Positions 9,996-18,695 of a DNA stretch of 64,000 nucleotides are shown piece after piece. How positions within the stretch are numbered: position 1 is the stretch's first letter; the number at the start of each line of letters is the position of its first letter. This DNA comes from Alphaproteobacteria bacterium. Lineage in GTDB: Bacteria > Pseudomonadota > Alphaproteobacteria > MPNO01. The notes under the pieces are model-generated. The model worked only from the letters and a program-made list of their open reading frames with translations, was not told the DNA's origin and did not search any database. The position numbers and the translations under genes are program-made. The stretch spans positions 32,001 to 96,000 of the forward strand of contig OZ219866.1 of the NCBI GenBank assembly GCA_964291675.2, given 5' to 3'.

Positions 9996-11501
9996 CTACA
10001 CCCGGTAACCGGCTGCGGACAGCTCGGATGCGTCTCGCCGGGTCATCCAGGAAAGGAACACCCGCAGCACATCGGGATCTCGTCCCGCCAATAGTTCGAA
10101 GACGATTCGGAACAGGCCGGTATGGCGGTGGCAGAACTCGCTTGTCGGCCGATGACCGACGGGGTTTCCCTGCGTCGCCACGTTGAAAACGGGATCGGCG
10201 CCGCAATAGGGAACGAACGCGCATTCCGAGCAGACCGGCAGCTTCTCTGCATCGCCCGCGTCCTCGATGATCTTCATGGCGTTCGATTGCCGGAGATCGG
10301 CCAACGAATCATGGACCGAGCCCATTCGGAAGCGGTCGTCGCCCATCTCCGCCAGCATTCGGCCCTCGTCCGAAACGTAGACCCCGCCATCGTAGTTGTA
10401 GACGAGCACGTTCCTGCCTGCGGCCGCGGGCGATTGCAGGTCGACATAGTCGGTCGGAAACGGTGTCAGGATTCTCGTCAACAGCAGGGTCGCGTACGAT
10501 TCCTCGATCCTCCGTCCCGCGAGGTTGACCTCGATCAGATAGTCCAGGGCCTCGCGGTAGAACCGCAGAAATTCGTCGCTCGTGTATCCCAGCTTGCGCC
10601 GGCTCTTCACGGCAAAGCCGAAGGGACTGATCGGCCGAAGCGAGATCGAGTCGAACCCCAGCTCCAGATAGGTATCCACGGTCTCGCGCGGATACCCCAG
10701 GCCATGCCGAGTGATCGTCGCCAACGCTGCCACGCGATCATGACCGCAGATCGCTCGCGCCCGCGCCATTCCCTCCACCGTTCGCTTGAACGAATCCCGC
10801 ATCGCATTGGGTCGGTTCGCGTCGTGAACGTGCTCCGGACCGTCGAGCGAGGTGGACAATTCGATCCGGTGGTCCCGGCAGAAGGCCAGCATGTCGTCCG
10901 TCATCAGGTGCAGGGTCGTCGCCATCACGAACCGCACCATCCTTTCGGCCACCCGAGCGCGCCGGGCCGCTTGCTTGACGATCCGCCGCACGAGGGGAAA
11001 GGCCAGCGCAGACTCACCGCCCTGAAACTCGATGGTCAGTGTCTCCGCCTTCGATTCGAACACCCGATCCAGAGCGGCATCCGCGGTCGCGTCGTCCATG
11101 TCGAATCCGCGCTCCCACGGGCGACGCGGCGACACCTGGCAGTAGTGGCAGCGATGGTCGCATCTCAGGGTCAGAACAAGAATGTGCAGCGCGGGGTCTT
11201 CCGTCGCGAAGTGCTTCCGCGTCCGTTGCTGCGCGGCCAGCCCCGGAAGAAACGGACCCCGCTCGGCATCGCAAACGATCTGCCGCGTCCGCAGATCGCG
11301 GTAGATCTCCGTTCCGGGTTCAAGCGTACCGTCGGTCAGCTTGCGGAAATCGTTCTCGGCCAGAAACAGATATTCCCCGACCGCAGACGTCACCAGAACC
11401 TGGCCCGGAAGAGTCGGCAGCCTGGTGTGTCTGAAAGGCAGGACCTCGTACGCTCGGGAGGGCGCCGCAAATTCCTTCGGATCGCGAAAGGCCGCGGTCA
11501 T
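9996..11501 (-). CDS. hxsB: His-Xaa-Ser system radical SAM maturase HxsB
   Basis: TLRCDHRCHYCQVS, IEFQGGE, YVDLQSP, SDEGRMLAEM and SPASM cysteines (CSECAFVPYCGADP). Start taken at ATG 11501. Confidence 0.9.
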   Translation of the reverse strand: MTAAFRDPKEFAAPSRAYEVLPFRHTRLPTLPGQVLVTSAVGEYLFLAENDFRKLTDGTLEPGTEIYRDLRTRQIVCDAERGPFLPGLAAQQRTRKHFATEDPALHILVLTLRCDHRCHYCQVSPRRPWERGFDMDDATADAALDRVFESKAETLTIEFQGGESALAFPLVRRIVKQAARRARVAERMVRFVMATTLHLMTDDMLAFCRDHRIELSTSLDGPEHVHDANRPNAMRDSFKRTVEGMARARAICGHDRVAALATITRHGLGYPRETVDTYLELGFDSISLRPISPFGFAVKSRRKLGYTSDEFLRFYREALDYLIEVNLAGRRIEESYATLLLTRILTPFPTDYVDLQSPAAAGRNVLVYNYDGGVYVSDEGRMLAEMGDDRFRMGSVHDSLADLRQSNAMKIIEDAGDAEKLPVCSECAFVPYCGADPVFNVATQGNPVGHRPTSEFCHRHTGLFRIVFELLAGRDPDVLRVFLSWMTRRDASELSAAGYRV

Positions 11502-11788
11502 TCCACGTCCAGCAGACAAGCGTTCATCTCCCTCATCGGTGCACCCCATTGAATCTCGAATCGGTTCGTTCCGGTCCGGCCCTTGGGACCAGCGTGGACT
11601 TCCTATACCCCTGCCTTCCCACCTTCGCACCCTCTTCCTCAGAACCCGCCGAACCGAAGCAACTGACCACAGCCAGAGCGGTACCCAACCAGCTGATTCG
11701 CCGCCCGGACGATCACTCATCCCTTGCACCGCTGGGCAGGTGGGTTAGCTTGACCATCGTTCAGGACAGATGGTGCTGCGCGGGGCCC

Positions 11789-12226
11789 ATGACGATTGCT
11801 CCCATCAATACAGGAGTGCCGCGGTGCCGGATGCTGCTTTGCGCTCAACTGATCGCGGCTATGGTCATCGCTATCGCCGCCCAGCTTCCCGCCCACGCCG
11901 ACGCCCCTCCGCCCGCCGTCGCCGCTCCGTCTGAGAAATCCGCCACGACCCTCAGCCACCGCAACGAGCGTAGTACCCCACGGGTCTCGGTCTTGCCTGC
12001 CAGTCCCGCGATTGCTCATGATCGCGAACAAACTGGAGATCGCCTCTCCGTCGGTCTCGCCAAAGCCGTCCTGCTACGCCTCGGATATCCGGTCGGCCGC
12101 TTGGACGACCGAACCACCGCGAAATTCAAGGCCGCGCTATTCCGGTACCAGCGCGCCCACGGCATCCCGTCCTCCGGTACTCTCGACGAGGCAACACTCC
12201 GGTCACTGGGAATCACCCCGAAATGA
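11789..12226 (+). CDS. Secreted peptidoglycan-binding domain protein
   Basis: Signal-like segment, Pro/Ala linker, L.RLGY.VG..D......AL..YQ..HG....G.LD..T PG-binding domain. Start uncertain (11789 or 11831). ATGA overlap with the next gene. Confidence 0.7.
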   Translation: MTIAPINTGVPRCRMLLCAQLIAAMVIAIAAQLPAHADAPPPAVAAPSEKSATTLSHRNERSTPRVSVLPASPAIAHDREQTGDRLSVGLAKAVLLRLGYPVGRLDDRTTAKFKAALFRYQRAHGIPSSGTLDEATLRSLGITPK

Positions 12227-12606
12227 AGCGCATCCTGCTTCCCCTGAATGCATTGGCCGTTCTCATCGTCCTCGCCTTCGGCGCCGACCGTTACTTGGCG
12301 CCCGTGATCGCGAAAGCGATCTATGCCGAGGATTACAGGAATCTGATGTATCAGTGCGACCACGTCATGCGCGAACACTTCATCGCCAAGCAAATGGTGC
12401 TGGCCTCGACGACCGAAGAGACGATTCGCAACCTGGAGGCCGCCGAAGTCGGTCTCACCACCTGCCACGAATACGACAAGCTGCGAAAGGAGATGATCCG
12501 CTGGGGGCTTTCCGAGAACTCGCTTGCCCGCATCGGTCTTGAAGCCATCGAAGAACGAGCCACGGACATCCGCAAGTTCGTCGAGATCCATGAAATCCGC
12601 TACTAG
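12223..12606 (+). CDS. His-Xaa-Ser system-associated protein (TIGR03982-like)
   Basis: N-terminal anchor plus CDHVMREHFIAK and CHEYDKLRK motifs. Sits between the hxs genes and the MauG-like gene. Confidence 0.75.
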   Translation: MKRILLPLNALAVLIVLAFGADRYLAPVIAKAIYAEDYRNLMYQCDHVMREHFIAKQMVLASTTEETIRNLEAAEVGLTTCHEYDKLRKEMIRWGLSENSLARIGLEAIEERATDIRKFVEIHEIRY

Positions 12607-13825
12607 GCTCCTTCTTGCCGCCATCGCACTCACGATCGGGACCGCGGCCAGTGCCGCCGACAAGTCGTTTTCCGAGATTCTGCGTAATGCCGCACTTGCC
12701 AACGGCCTTCTGCCGCCCAAACAGCTCTTCGTAGACACCGATCAGCATCTGGCGGCCATCGGCAGGGCATTCTTCGAAAGCAAGAACCTGAGCCTGAACG
12801 GCCGGATTGCTTGTCGGACGTGCCATCTCGACGCCTTCAGCTCGGGCGACGGGCTGCCGAATGCCGTGGGCATCTTCGGCACCGGCGAGGGACCGGTGCG
12901 AGCATTCAGCGAGGGGAAGATCGTCCCTCGGAATACTCTCCCGCTCTGGGGACGCGGGGGCCAGGGATTCGATGTCTTCTTCTGGGACGGGAAGGTCGAC
13001 TTCTCCGGACAACGACCGCTGAGCCAGTTCGGTGCCGATGTACCTTCATCCGATCCACTGTTGACCGCGGTCCACCTTCCACCCGTCGAGATTCGCGAGA
13101 TGATCGACGACGACGCCGATGTATCGCGATTCAAAACCGAGTCCCCGGCGCAAGCTCACCGCCTGTACGCGCGGATCCTGACTCGCCTTCTCGAGACGGA
13201 ACAAGCAGCAATGGAGGACCTCGCCACCAACCTAAACAAACAGCCTAACGAACTTGCCTTCAGCGATGTGGCACGATCGATTGCCGCCTTCATACGTTCG
13301 GAGTTCCGCCTTCACGATACCGACTTTCATCGGTTCGTCTTTGGAGACGGCCCACTTTCCCGTGACGAAATCCAAGGGGGGTTGATCTTTTATGGCAAGG
13401 GGAAGTGCGTCAATTGCCACACCGGACCTTATTTCTCGGACCTTCGGTTCCACGCCATTCCATTTCCACAGCTCGGATTTGGGAAGAACGGTTTTGGAAT
13501 TGACTACGGCCGCTTCAATGTCACCTTCGATCCTGACGATCTATACAAATTCCGCACGCCGCCACTCTTCAATGTCGCATCCACGTCACCCTATGGTCAC
13601 TCCGGTTCTCTTTCGGTGCTTCGTGATGCAATAGTAGGCCATTTTGACCCTCTTCGAAATTTGGACACCGATGCGATGACCCCATTATCACGCCATGAGT
13701 ACTACAAGAGAATGGCTGCGGTCGGTGCCGACTTCAGACTCTTCAGTGTCCTCACGGATCAAGAAGTTGCATTGGTCATTGAGTTCCTCAAGACGCTCAG
13801 CTTCTCTTCTCACGCTTCCAGATGA
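12590..13825 (+). CDS. His-Xaa-Ser system-associated MauG-like di-heme cytochrome c
   Basis: Signal peptide, two heme motifs CRTCH and CVNCH, FFWDG and FRTPPL.NV...PYGHSG motifs. Confidence 0.88.
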   Translation: MKSATRLLLAAIALTIGTAASAADKSFSEILRNAALANGLLPPKQLFVDTDQHLAAIGRAFFESKNLSLNGRIACRTCHLDAFSSGDGLPNAVGIFGTGEGPVRAFSEGKIVPRNTLPLWGRGGQGFDVFFWDGKVDFSGQRPLSQFGADVPSSDPLLTAVHLPPVEIREMIDDDADVSRFKTESPAQAHRLYARILTRLLETEQAAMEDLATNLNKQPNELAFSDVARSIAAFIRSEFRLHDTDFHRFVFGDGPLSRDEIQGGLIFYGKGKCVNCHTGPYFSDLRFHAIPFPQLGFGKNGFGIDYGRFNVTFDPDDLYKFRTPPLFNVASTSPYGHSGSLSVLRDAIVGHFDPLRNLDTDAMTPLSRHEYYKRMAAVGADFRLFSVLTDQEVALVIEFLKTLSFSSHASR

Positions 13826-13983
13826 TGTAAGGCCCCGTCTCGCGCATCGGCGGCGCTCCTCTGCGCGTACGTCCCCGTGCCGGGCCTGCCACTCGGCTTT
13901 CACCAGCAGTCCGGGCACATCCTCCTAGATACATCCTCCTGCTAAGACAGCTATCTGCTAGAGCAACTCCTTTCGAAGCATAC

Positions 13984-14853
13984 TCACGTAGCACTTCGTT
14001 GGTATTTGTTGAGCTCATACGCGATAATAAGCGGCGCTCGGCATAGGCGACTTTCCTCCTGAAGCAACTCAGCCAGCTCGCCTTCAAGATGTTCATCGCC
14101 AATTGCAAGATACATCAGAATTAGACTGTCAAGGTCCAATAGCTCAGTTGGCCGCAATAGCATCTGCCAATTGTACGTGTCCTTCATGGCCACCCGAATA
14201 TTCTCAGCTCGAACCGAGTAAAGAGTGCGCAGACTTCTGGTCAATAGCTCGGAAGAAGACGACAGGTTTAGCTCCTCTTCGCCAACTAGCCCGCCGGCTA
14301 TTGCTACGTACACATCTACAGATATGCCAGTGGCGCCTACCGGGTAACTCCCGCTGTGTTCGAGCACCATGCGCATTGACGGTGCAACGGAAGATTGTTC
14401 CTGCACCTTGTTTTTGACCAAGAGCAGATCCGATTGCAGGAGTGCGAGCATTTGGTACGGTGAACGTTGACTAACATTAAACATTGGCCTATCGTCGTCT
14501 TGTATGTCAGAAGCGGATACTCTAACTTCTTGATATCGTACTCGCTCAATAAGATTTGAATAACGTCCAAGTATTTCTTGCGGCCTCACGCTATCTGCAA
14601 GAGCCACTAACGCAGCCCCCTCTACCAAATCTACCTCGAGCAACTCCTTTCCAGCTAAGAGCAGATCCTCGCATGCTTGCCGCGTACGGCCCATCAATAA
14701 CTCTATGCAAGCAGCATCCCGCAACAGTGTCGCAGCACAGGCTCTGCTATGTCTATTCTCCTGTTCAACTTCAAGATGCGCATTCGCCCTTGAACGCAGA
14801 AAGCTGATACGTCGCAATAAGCGTTCACCTTCAATGCCAGGAACTTCAATCAC
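13984..14853 (-). CDS. Hypothetical helical protein (third gene of the ART-like operon)
   Basis: Long ORF in AT-richer DNA. The GTG at 14853 shares one base with the upstream TAG stop. Confidence 0.7.
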   Translation of the reverse strand: MIEVPGIEGERLLRRISFLRSRANAHLEVEQENRHSRACAATLLRDAACIELLMGRTRQACEDLLLAGKELLEVDLVEGAALVALADSVRPQEILGRYSNLIERVRYQEVRVSASDIQDDDRPMFNVSQRSPYQMLALLQSDLLLVKNKVQEQSSVAPSMRMVLEHSGSYPVGATGISVDVYVAIAGGLVGEEELNLSSSSELLTRSLRTLYSVRAENIRVAMKDTYNWQMLLRPTELLDLDSLILMYLAIGDEHLEGELAELLQEESRLCRAPLIIAYELNKYQRSAT

Positions 14854-15476
14854 TAGAATAGATCCCTGATGTTGCTCAAGGGGTCGGGGCTGATATAGTC
14901 TAAATTGATCCACTCTTGTTGAGGTTGTCTTTGGTTATAGTTGCCGTCCCACCATTCGATCTTTTTTATTTGGTTTGCTGGAATGTGTATTTTCGCCGTC
15001 ACTTCTCCTTCAAGCTGATACGGTGACCACCGTCGGTAAATGTTGATATCGCGGACGGGCTCCGCCACCAAAGACAACGGTACCGCCCTATTGTGGCTCG
15101 TGGGAACCCAAAGATAAAAGAGCGCGCCTGGTCGCACCCAATCGCCTGTTGCGAACAACAGTGCAGTATCGATTGCTGACAATGCATACGTCCGCCGATG
15201 AAATACGTTTCGATCTACAGCCCCACACGCCAAGGAAATAAACGGACTGTAATTTCCGTAATTCGCATAGTCATGCAAATGGCGATCAAGATTTTTCTCA
15301 GTTAGTACCGCAGCAACTTGCGACGGCGTAATCGCCCCCTTCCGGTGCCACCAGTTCGAAAGGATGCCCTCACCGCTTCGAACTAAGTCGATTGCGGCTT
15401 GCCACGTCAAACCAGCATCTTCGTCTGTTGATCCTGCTATCCCCTTTACACAATATTGAATGTACAACGTCAGCAT
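14853..15476 (-). CDS. Putative ADP-ribosyltransferase-fold protein
   Basis: Motif order YCVKG ... H..... SPFISL ... ALLFA ... QLEGEV...IHIPANQI resembles R-S-E class ARTs. Inferred from motifs only. Confidence 0.55.
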   Translation of the reverse strand: MLTLYIQYCVKGIAGSTDEDAGLTWQAAIDLVRSGEGILSNWWHRKGAITPSQVAAVLTEKNLDRHLHDYANYGNYSPFISLACGAVDRNVFHRRTYALSAIDTALLFATGDWVRPGALFYLWVPTSHNRAVPLSLVAEPVRDINIYRRWSPYQLEGEVTAKIHIPANQIKKIEWWDGNYNQRQPQQEWINLDYISPDPLSNIRDLF

Positions 15477-15536
15477 CCCCTTGCGCTTAAGCTTGTGGAA
15501 CTTTGCGTCATCCCCTCAGTGCCGTTAGCAAACACG

Positions 15537-16352
15537 TTAGTACCCATCCCGCAGCTTTCTGTTAATGCTTTTCAGTTGATACCAGCGATCAGTTTTCTGA
15601 CGCATCTGCTTTTCAAGTTGCTGCAATCTTCCAAGGTCAGCTGGAGTGAAATCGTTGATTCCTTCCCGGTCTACATGCCCGTGCAATACTCGAAGAGCCC
15701 AATACTGCACGAATGGTTGAGAGGAATGCTCAATCGTTTCAATCAGCATGACGGGCCTGACACTTTCAGGATGCGACCGCAGCCAAGCAAGCGCTGCAAT
15801 CTGGTACCCTGCGTCTTCGTCCGATAACCAAGCTGCAATATTGCTTTGCTCCGCAGGAATTTTTTTCGCAGCGGCTTCGAGTTGCCCAAAGATTTCGGTC
15901 ATCCTCGCGGTGCGCTCTGACCCCGACGGCATGGACTCCCGTATTGCAACATACTGTCGCGACAACTTCCTTAGCACTTGAATTGCGCCAGCGTGATCCT
16001 CGTCAGTTGCAGAGGATGTCGCAGGCGTCGGTCGTGATTCCGTTGAGTCCTGGATGGTTTGTGTGGCGCTCCGGGATATAGCTAATTCCTCGACCAGTTC
16101 GCGGGTGCCATGAGCTGTTGCTGTGGCTTCGTCAGTTCGTTCTTCAACGGATCGGAATTTTGCTTTGAATCCGCTAAATTGAAATTCCTCGAAGCAAGAT
16201 ACTAGCCAAGGTAACGCGATGATACCAGCGAAGCCAAGCGCGACAAAGTCCAAGCGGCTAACTAAAGCGTTAGGTAACCAGCAAGGAGCCGTTACATAAA
16301 GAAGCAGCCCGATAGCTCCGATGCCTGGCAATACAATACGTGGATTCGTCAT
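15537..16352 (-). CDS. Hypothetical membrane protein (two N-terminal TM helices, helical/HEAT-like C-terminus)
   Basis: Hydrophobic N-terminal segments, coiled-coil and low-complexity linker, then a helical domain. Confidence 0.75.
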   Translation of the reverse strand: MTNPRIVLPGIGAIGLLLYVTAPCWLPNALVSRLDFVALGFAGIIALPWLVSCFEEFQFSGFKAKFRSVEERTDEATATAHGTRELVEELAISRSATQTIQDSTESRPTPATSSATDEDHAGAIQVLRKLSRQYVAIRESMPSGSERTARMTEIFGQLEAAAKKIPAEQSNIAAWLSDEDAGYQIAALAWLRSHPESVRPVMLIETIEHSSQPFVQYWALRVLHGHVDREGINDFTPADLGRLQQLEKQMRQKTDRWYQLKSINRKLRDGY

Positions 16353-16573
16353 TAGTTTAATCCTACAAGTGACACCGGGAAATGTCTCCGATTTTCGTTA
16401 CCCTCCATGGACTCTCTGGTGCAATCTTAGAAATTGTCGAATGCTCTTTTCGTTGCATCTTATCCACAAGACATCCAAATGGGAGGTATTCGCGTCCTCG
16501 TTTCTCCAAAATTGATTGAAGCTGCATTCACGATCTCCTTGCCTCATACGCCATCCAGCATCCAGACCGGTAG

Positions 16574-16604
16574 CAGGCCAGCCGTCAACCCCACGGCTGG
16601 CCTG
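16574..16604. terminator. Perfect 12-bp hairpin at the cargo/backbone boundary
   Basis: CAGGCCAGCCGT-caacccc-ACGGCTGGCCTG, downstream of the HU-fusion gene. U-tract is weak. Confidence 0.45.
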
Positions 16605-16734
16605 GGCTTTGCCGGCGCCGCCCCGGCAGCCAGCAGCGGGTCCGTAATCGCACAGTAATCGGCCGAATTCCACACCCAGGCGGCCTGAGTCGTCGCCGTT
16701 CACTGTCCGGCCTGTTCCTCGCGGTACGCCTCAT

Positions 16735-17919
16735 TCAGTGACCCGCCCTGCCTTCTTGGGAGAGTTCGACGTCGAACGCCAGGAAGCGGTCGAAGAGGGC
16801 GGTCTTGCGCCAGCCCACCTCCCCCGCATCCGGAGGCCCCCGGTACTCGAGCAGCCCGAACCAGCGCAGCGGCCCCAGCACGCGGCCCGCGAACATCGTG
16901 CCCTCCGCGTTCCAGTGCAGGCCCGCGATGGAATCGTCGCGAACCGTGGTCAGCGTCCTGAGCGTGTCCACGCTTTGCCATTCGCCCGCCACGTTCGAAA
17001 GCCCCCAGAGAGTCACGCCGATATCGTCCTGCGGCCACCGGCCCGGCAGCCCGCGGGGGAAGGTCTCCACGAATTGCGAGAGGTTCGCGTGCCAATAGAG
17101 GTGCCTGAACAGGAGCGCCTGGAGCGCGCCGCGTCTTCCGGGCTCGAGCATCTCGCGCCCCAGGGGCGTCAACTGGCACAGCACTACCTCCCCTTCGACA
17201 AGCCCGGCCAGGTCCATCAGCCGGTGCAGCAGGTGAAGCTCCCACACGTCGCCCTCGCGCAGCGCCTTTCCGGCACGAAATTGCTCGGTCGCCTCCATCC
17301 CCGGCCAGGTCATCGCCTCGCGCATCGCCGCAACCATGTCGCGCCCGAAATGCCCCTTGTCGGTGAGCCTCGGCAGGAACTCGTCGTTGATTTGCTGTAG
17401 CGCGATCAGCACATTGGCAACGAACGCCGATTCCGCGAACGCCTCGTCGGGCAGATCGGCCGCGAGGCGCAGTGCCGGGTTGTCCGCCAGGGGCTCGGCC
17501 CGCAGCGCCTCCATGCTGTCGGGCTCCAGCAGCGTCCAGACCGGCTCCACGCCGCCCGGCCAGTCCGACATCTCCAGCATCGCGCCTGCGCTGCCGGGCC
17601 GGTCATGGAGGGCGTCGCCCGGAACTGCCTGCTCCGCCTGCCAGCCCCGCTTCACCGCCTCCCTCAGCCGTTTCGCCGCCCTGAACGACGGCAATTTCGA
17701 GGCCGGTATCGGCACGCTCTCGCCGGTGCGCGGATTCCTGCCCATACGCGCGGCGCGGCTTCGCGTCCCGAACGTACCGAACCCCGCGATCCGCACGTCC
17801 TCTTCCTTCGCGAGCCCCTCCGCGATCGCCTCGAAAACGGTGTCGACAGCGCCTTCCGCAGTGAACTTGTTGAGACCCATCCGCGCGGCCACGCGGGCGA
17901 CGATCGCCGATTTGTTCAT
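16735..17919 (-). CDS. HU/IHF-family DNA-binding domain fused to an unknown ~290-aa domain
   Basis: MNKS.IV....V.I.GFGTF...R.AR.GRNPRTGE.V.IPA...P.F.A.K.L.EAV, followed in frame by a long extension. GGAG RBS. Confidence 0.85.
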   Translation of the reverse strand: MNKSAIVARVAARMGLNKFTAEGAVDTVFEAIAEGLAKEEDVRIAGFGTFGTRSRAARMGRNPRTGESVPIPASKLPSFRAAKRLREAVKRGWQAEQAVPGDALHDRPGSAGAMLEMSDWPGGVEPVWTLLEPDSMEALRAEPLADNPALRLAADLPDEAFAESAFVANVLIALQQINDEFLPRLTDKGHFGRDMVAAMREAMTWPGMEATEQFRAGKALREGDVWELHLLHRLMDLAGLVEGEVVLCQLTPLGREMLEPGRRGALQALLFRHLYWHANLSQFVETFPRGLPGRWPQDDIGVTLWGLSNVAGEWQSVDTLRTLTTVRDDSIAGLHWNAEGTMFAGRVLGPLRWFGLLEYRGPPDAGEVGWRKTALFDRFLAFDVELSQEGRAGH

Positions 17920-17981
17920 GTCTCCGGTTCCTCCGATCCCGCCCCGCGCCGCTTTCGCCGTTCGACCACGCCGGATTCGCA

Positions 17982-18371
17982 TCAGCCCTTCTTGCGCCGG
18001 ACCCGGGCGTATTCCTTCACAAAGTGCATCAGCACCTTGTCGAGCTTCGGCCTGTCCCAGTGGTAGCTCTGCGGCCGCACGAATTCGGTCCAGGCCACGA
18101 AATCAGGGTCCTCGCCCTTCACGAAAAACGTGTACATCTTGTTTACGATCTCGCGCATCAGGTCGCGCATTTCGTTCTCGTCGAACCGCGACACCTCCGG
18201 CCAGGGAATGCGCCGGCCTTCGGCGTCGACCACGACGACGTCCGAATAGTCTCCTGTCCGCGTGATCGGCGTCGCGCCGCGGTGCAGCGTTTCCAGCATG
18301 GATTGCCTGACGCACACCAGCGCCAGGATTCTGACGAAGGCCGGAACCCCCCGGCGTGCCTTCGCGTCCAT
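17982..18371 (-). CDS. Conserved hypothetical protein (paralog of 38718-39113)
   Basis: Shares TGD.SDVVVVDA.G.RIPW.EV.R....EMRDLMR..VN.MYT with the gene at 38718. Confidence 0.75.
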   Translation of the reverse strand: MDAKARRGVPAFVRILALVCVRQSMLETLHRGATPITRTGDYSDVVVVDAEGRRIPWPEVSRFDENEMRDLMREIVNKMYTFFVKGEDPDFVAWTEFVRPQSYHWDRPKLDKVLMHFVKEYARVRRKKG

Positions 18372-18695
18372 CACGGTGTCCAACTCCCCCTGTCTTGCAT
18401 CGCCCGCAACGCCGTAGCGCGACCGCCCGGACAACTCACGACCCGCAGTTAGCACTCCGGCGCCGCGCCCCGCAACAACGCCCGCGCCGCGCCTCCCGTT
18501 CCCTTCCGCCGGTCCCGGCAGGGCCCGCCCGGGCGCTTCCCCGCCGCGATCCCGCTGCGCGTTTCCGGTCCCGCACCGACCGCGATCGCCGCCCCAGGCC
18601 CGCGGCGCGCCGGCAGGAGGCGGTGGCCGGCCTCGGCGGGGCGCATTCCGGGGCCGCGGAGCGGCCTCTCGCGTCACCGCCGGGGAGACCAACCC

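Noticed and set aside
11502-11729. N-terminal extension of HxsB or a hidden HxsD
   Set aside because: No family resemblance. This is most likely the divergent promoter region.
14853-15476. Possible DarT toxin cognate to the macrodomain/NADAR genes
   Set aside because: It lacks recognisable DarT (DUF4433) motifs, lies 26 kb away in a compositionally different block, and has its own operon partners. Cross-talk is not excluded.
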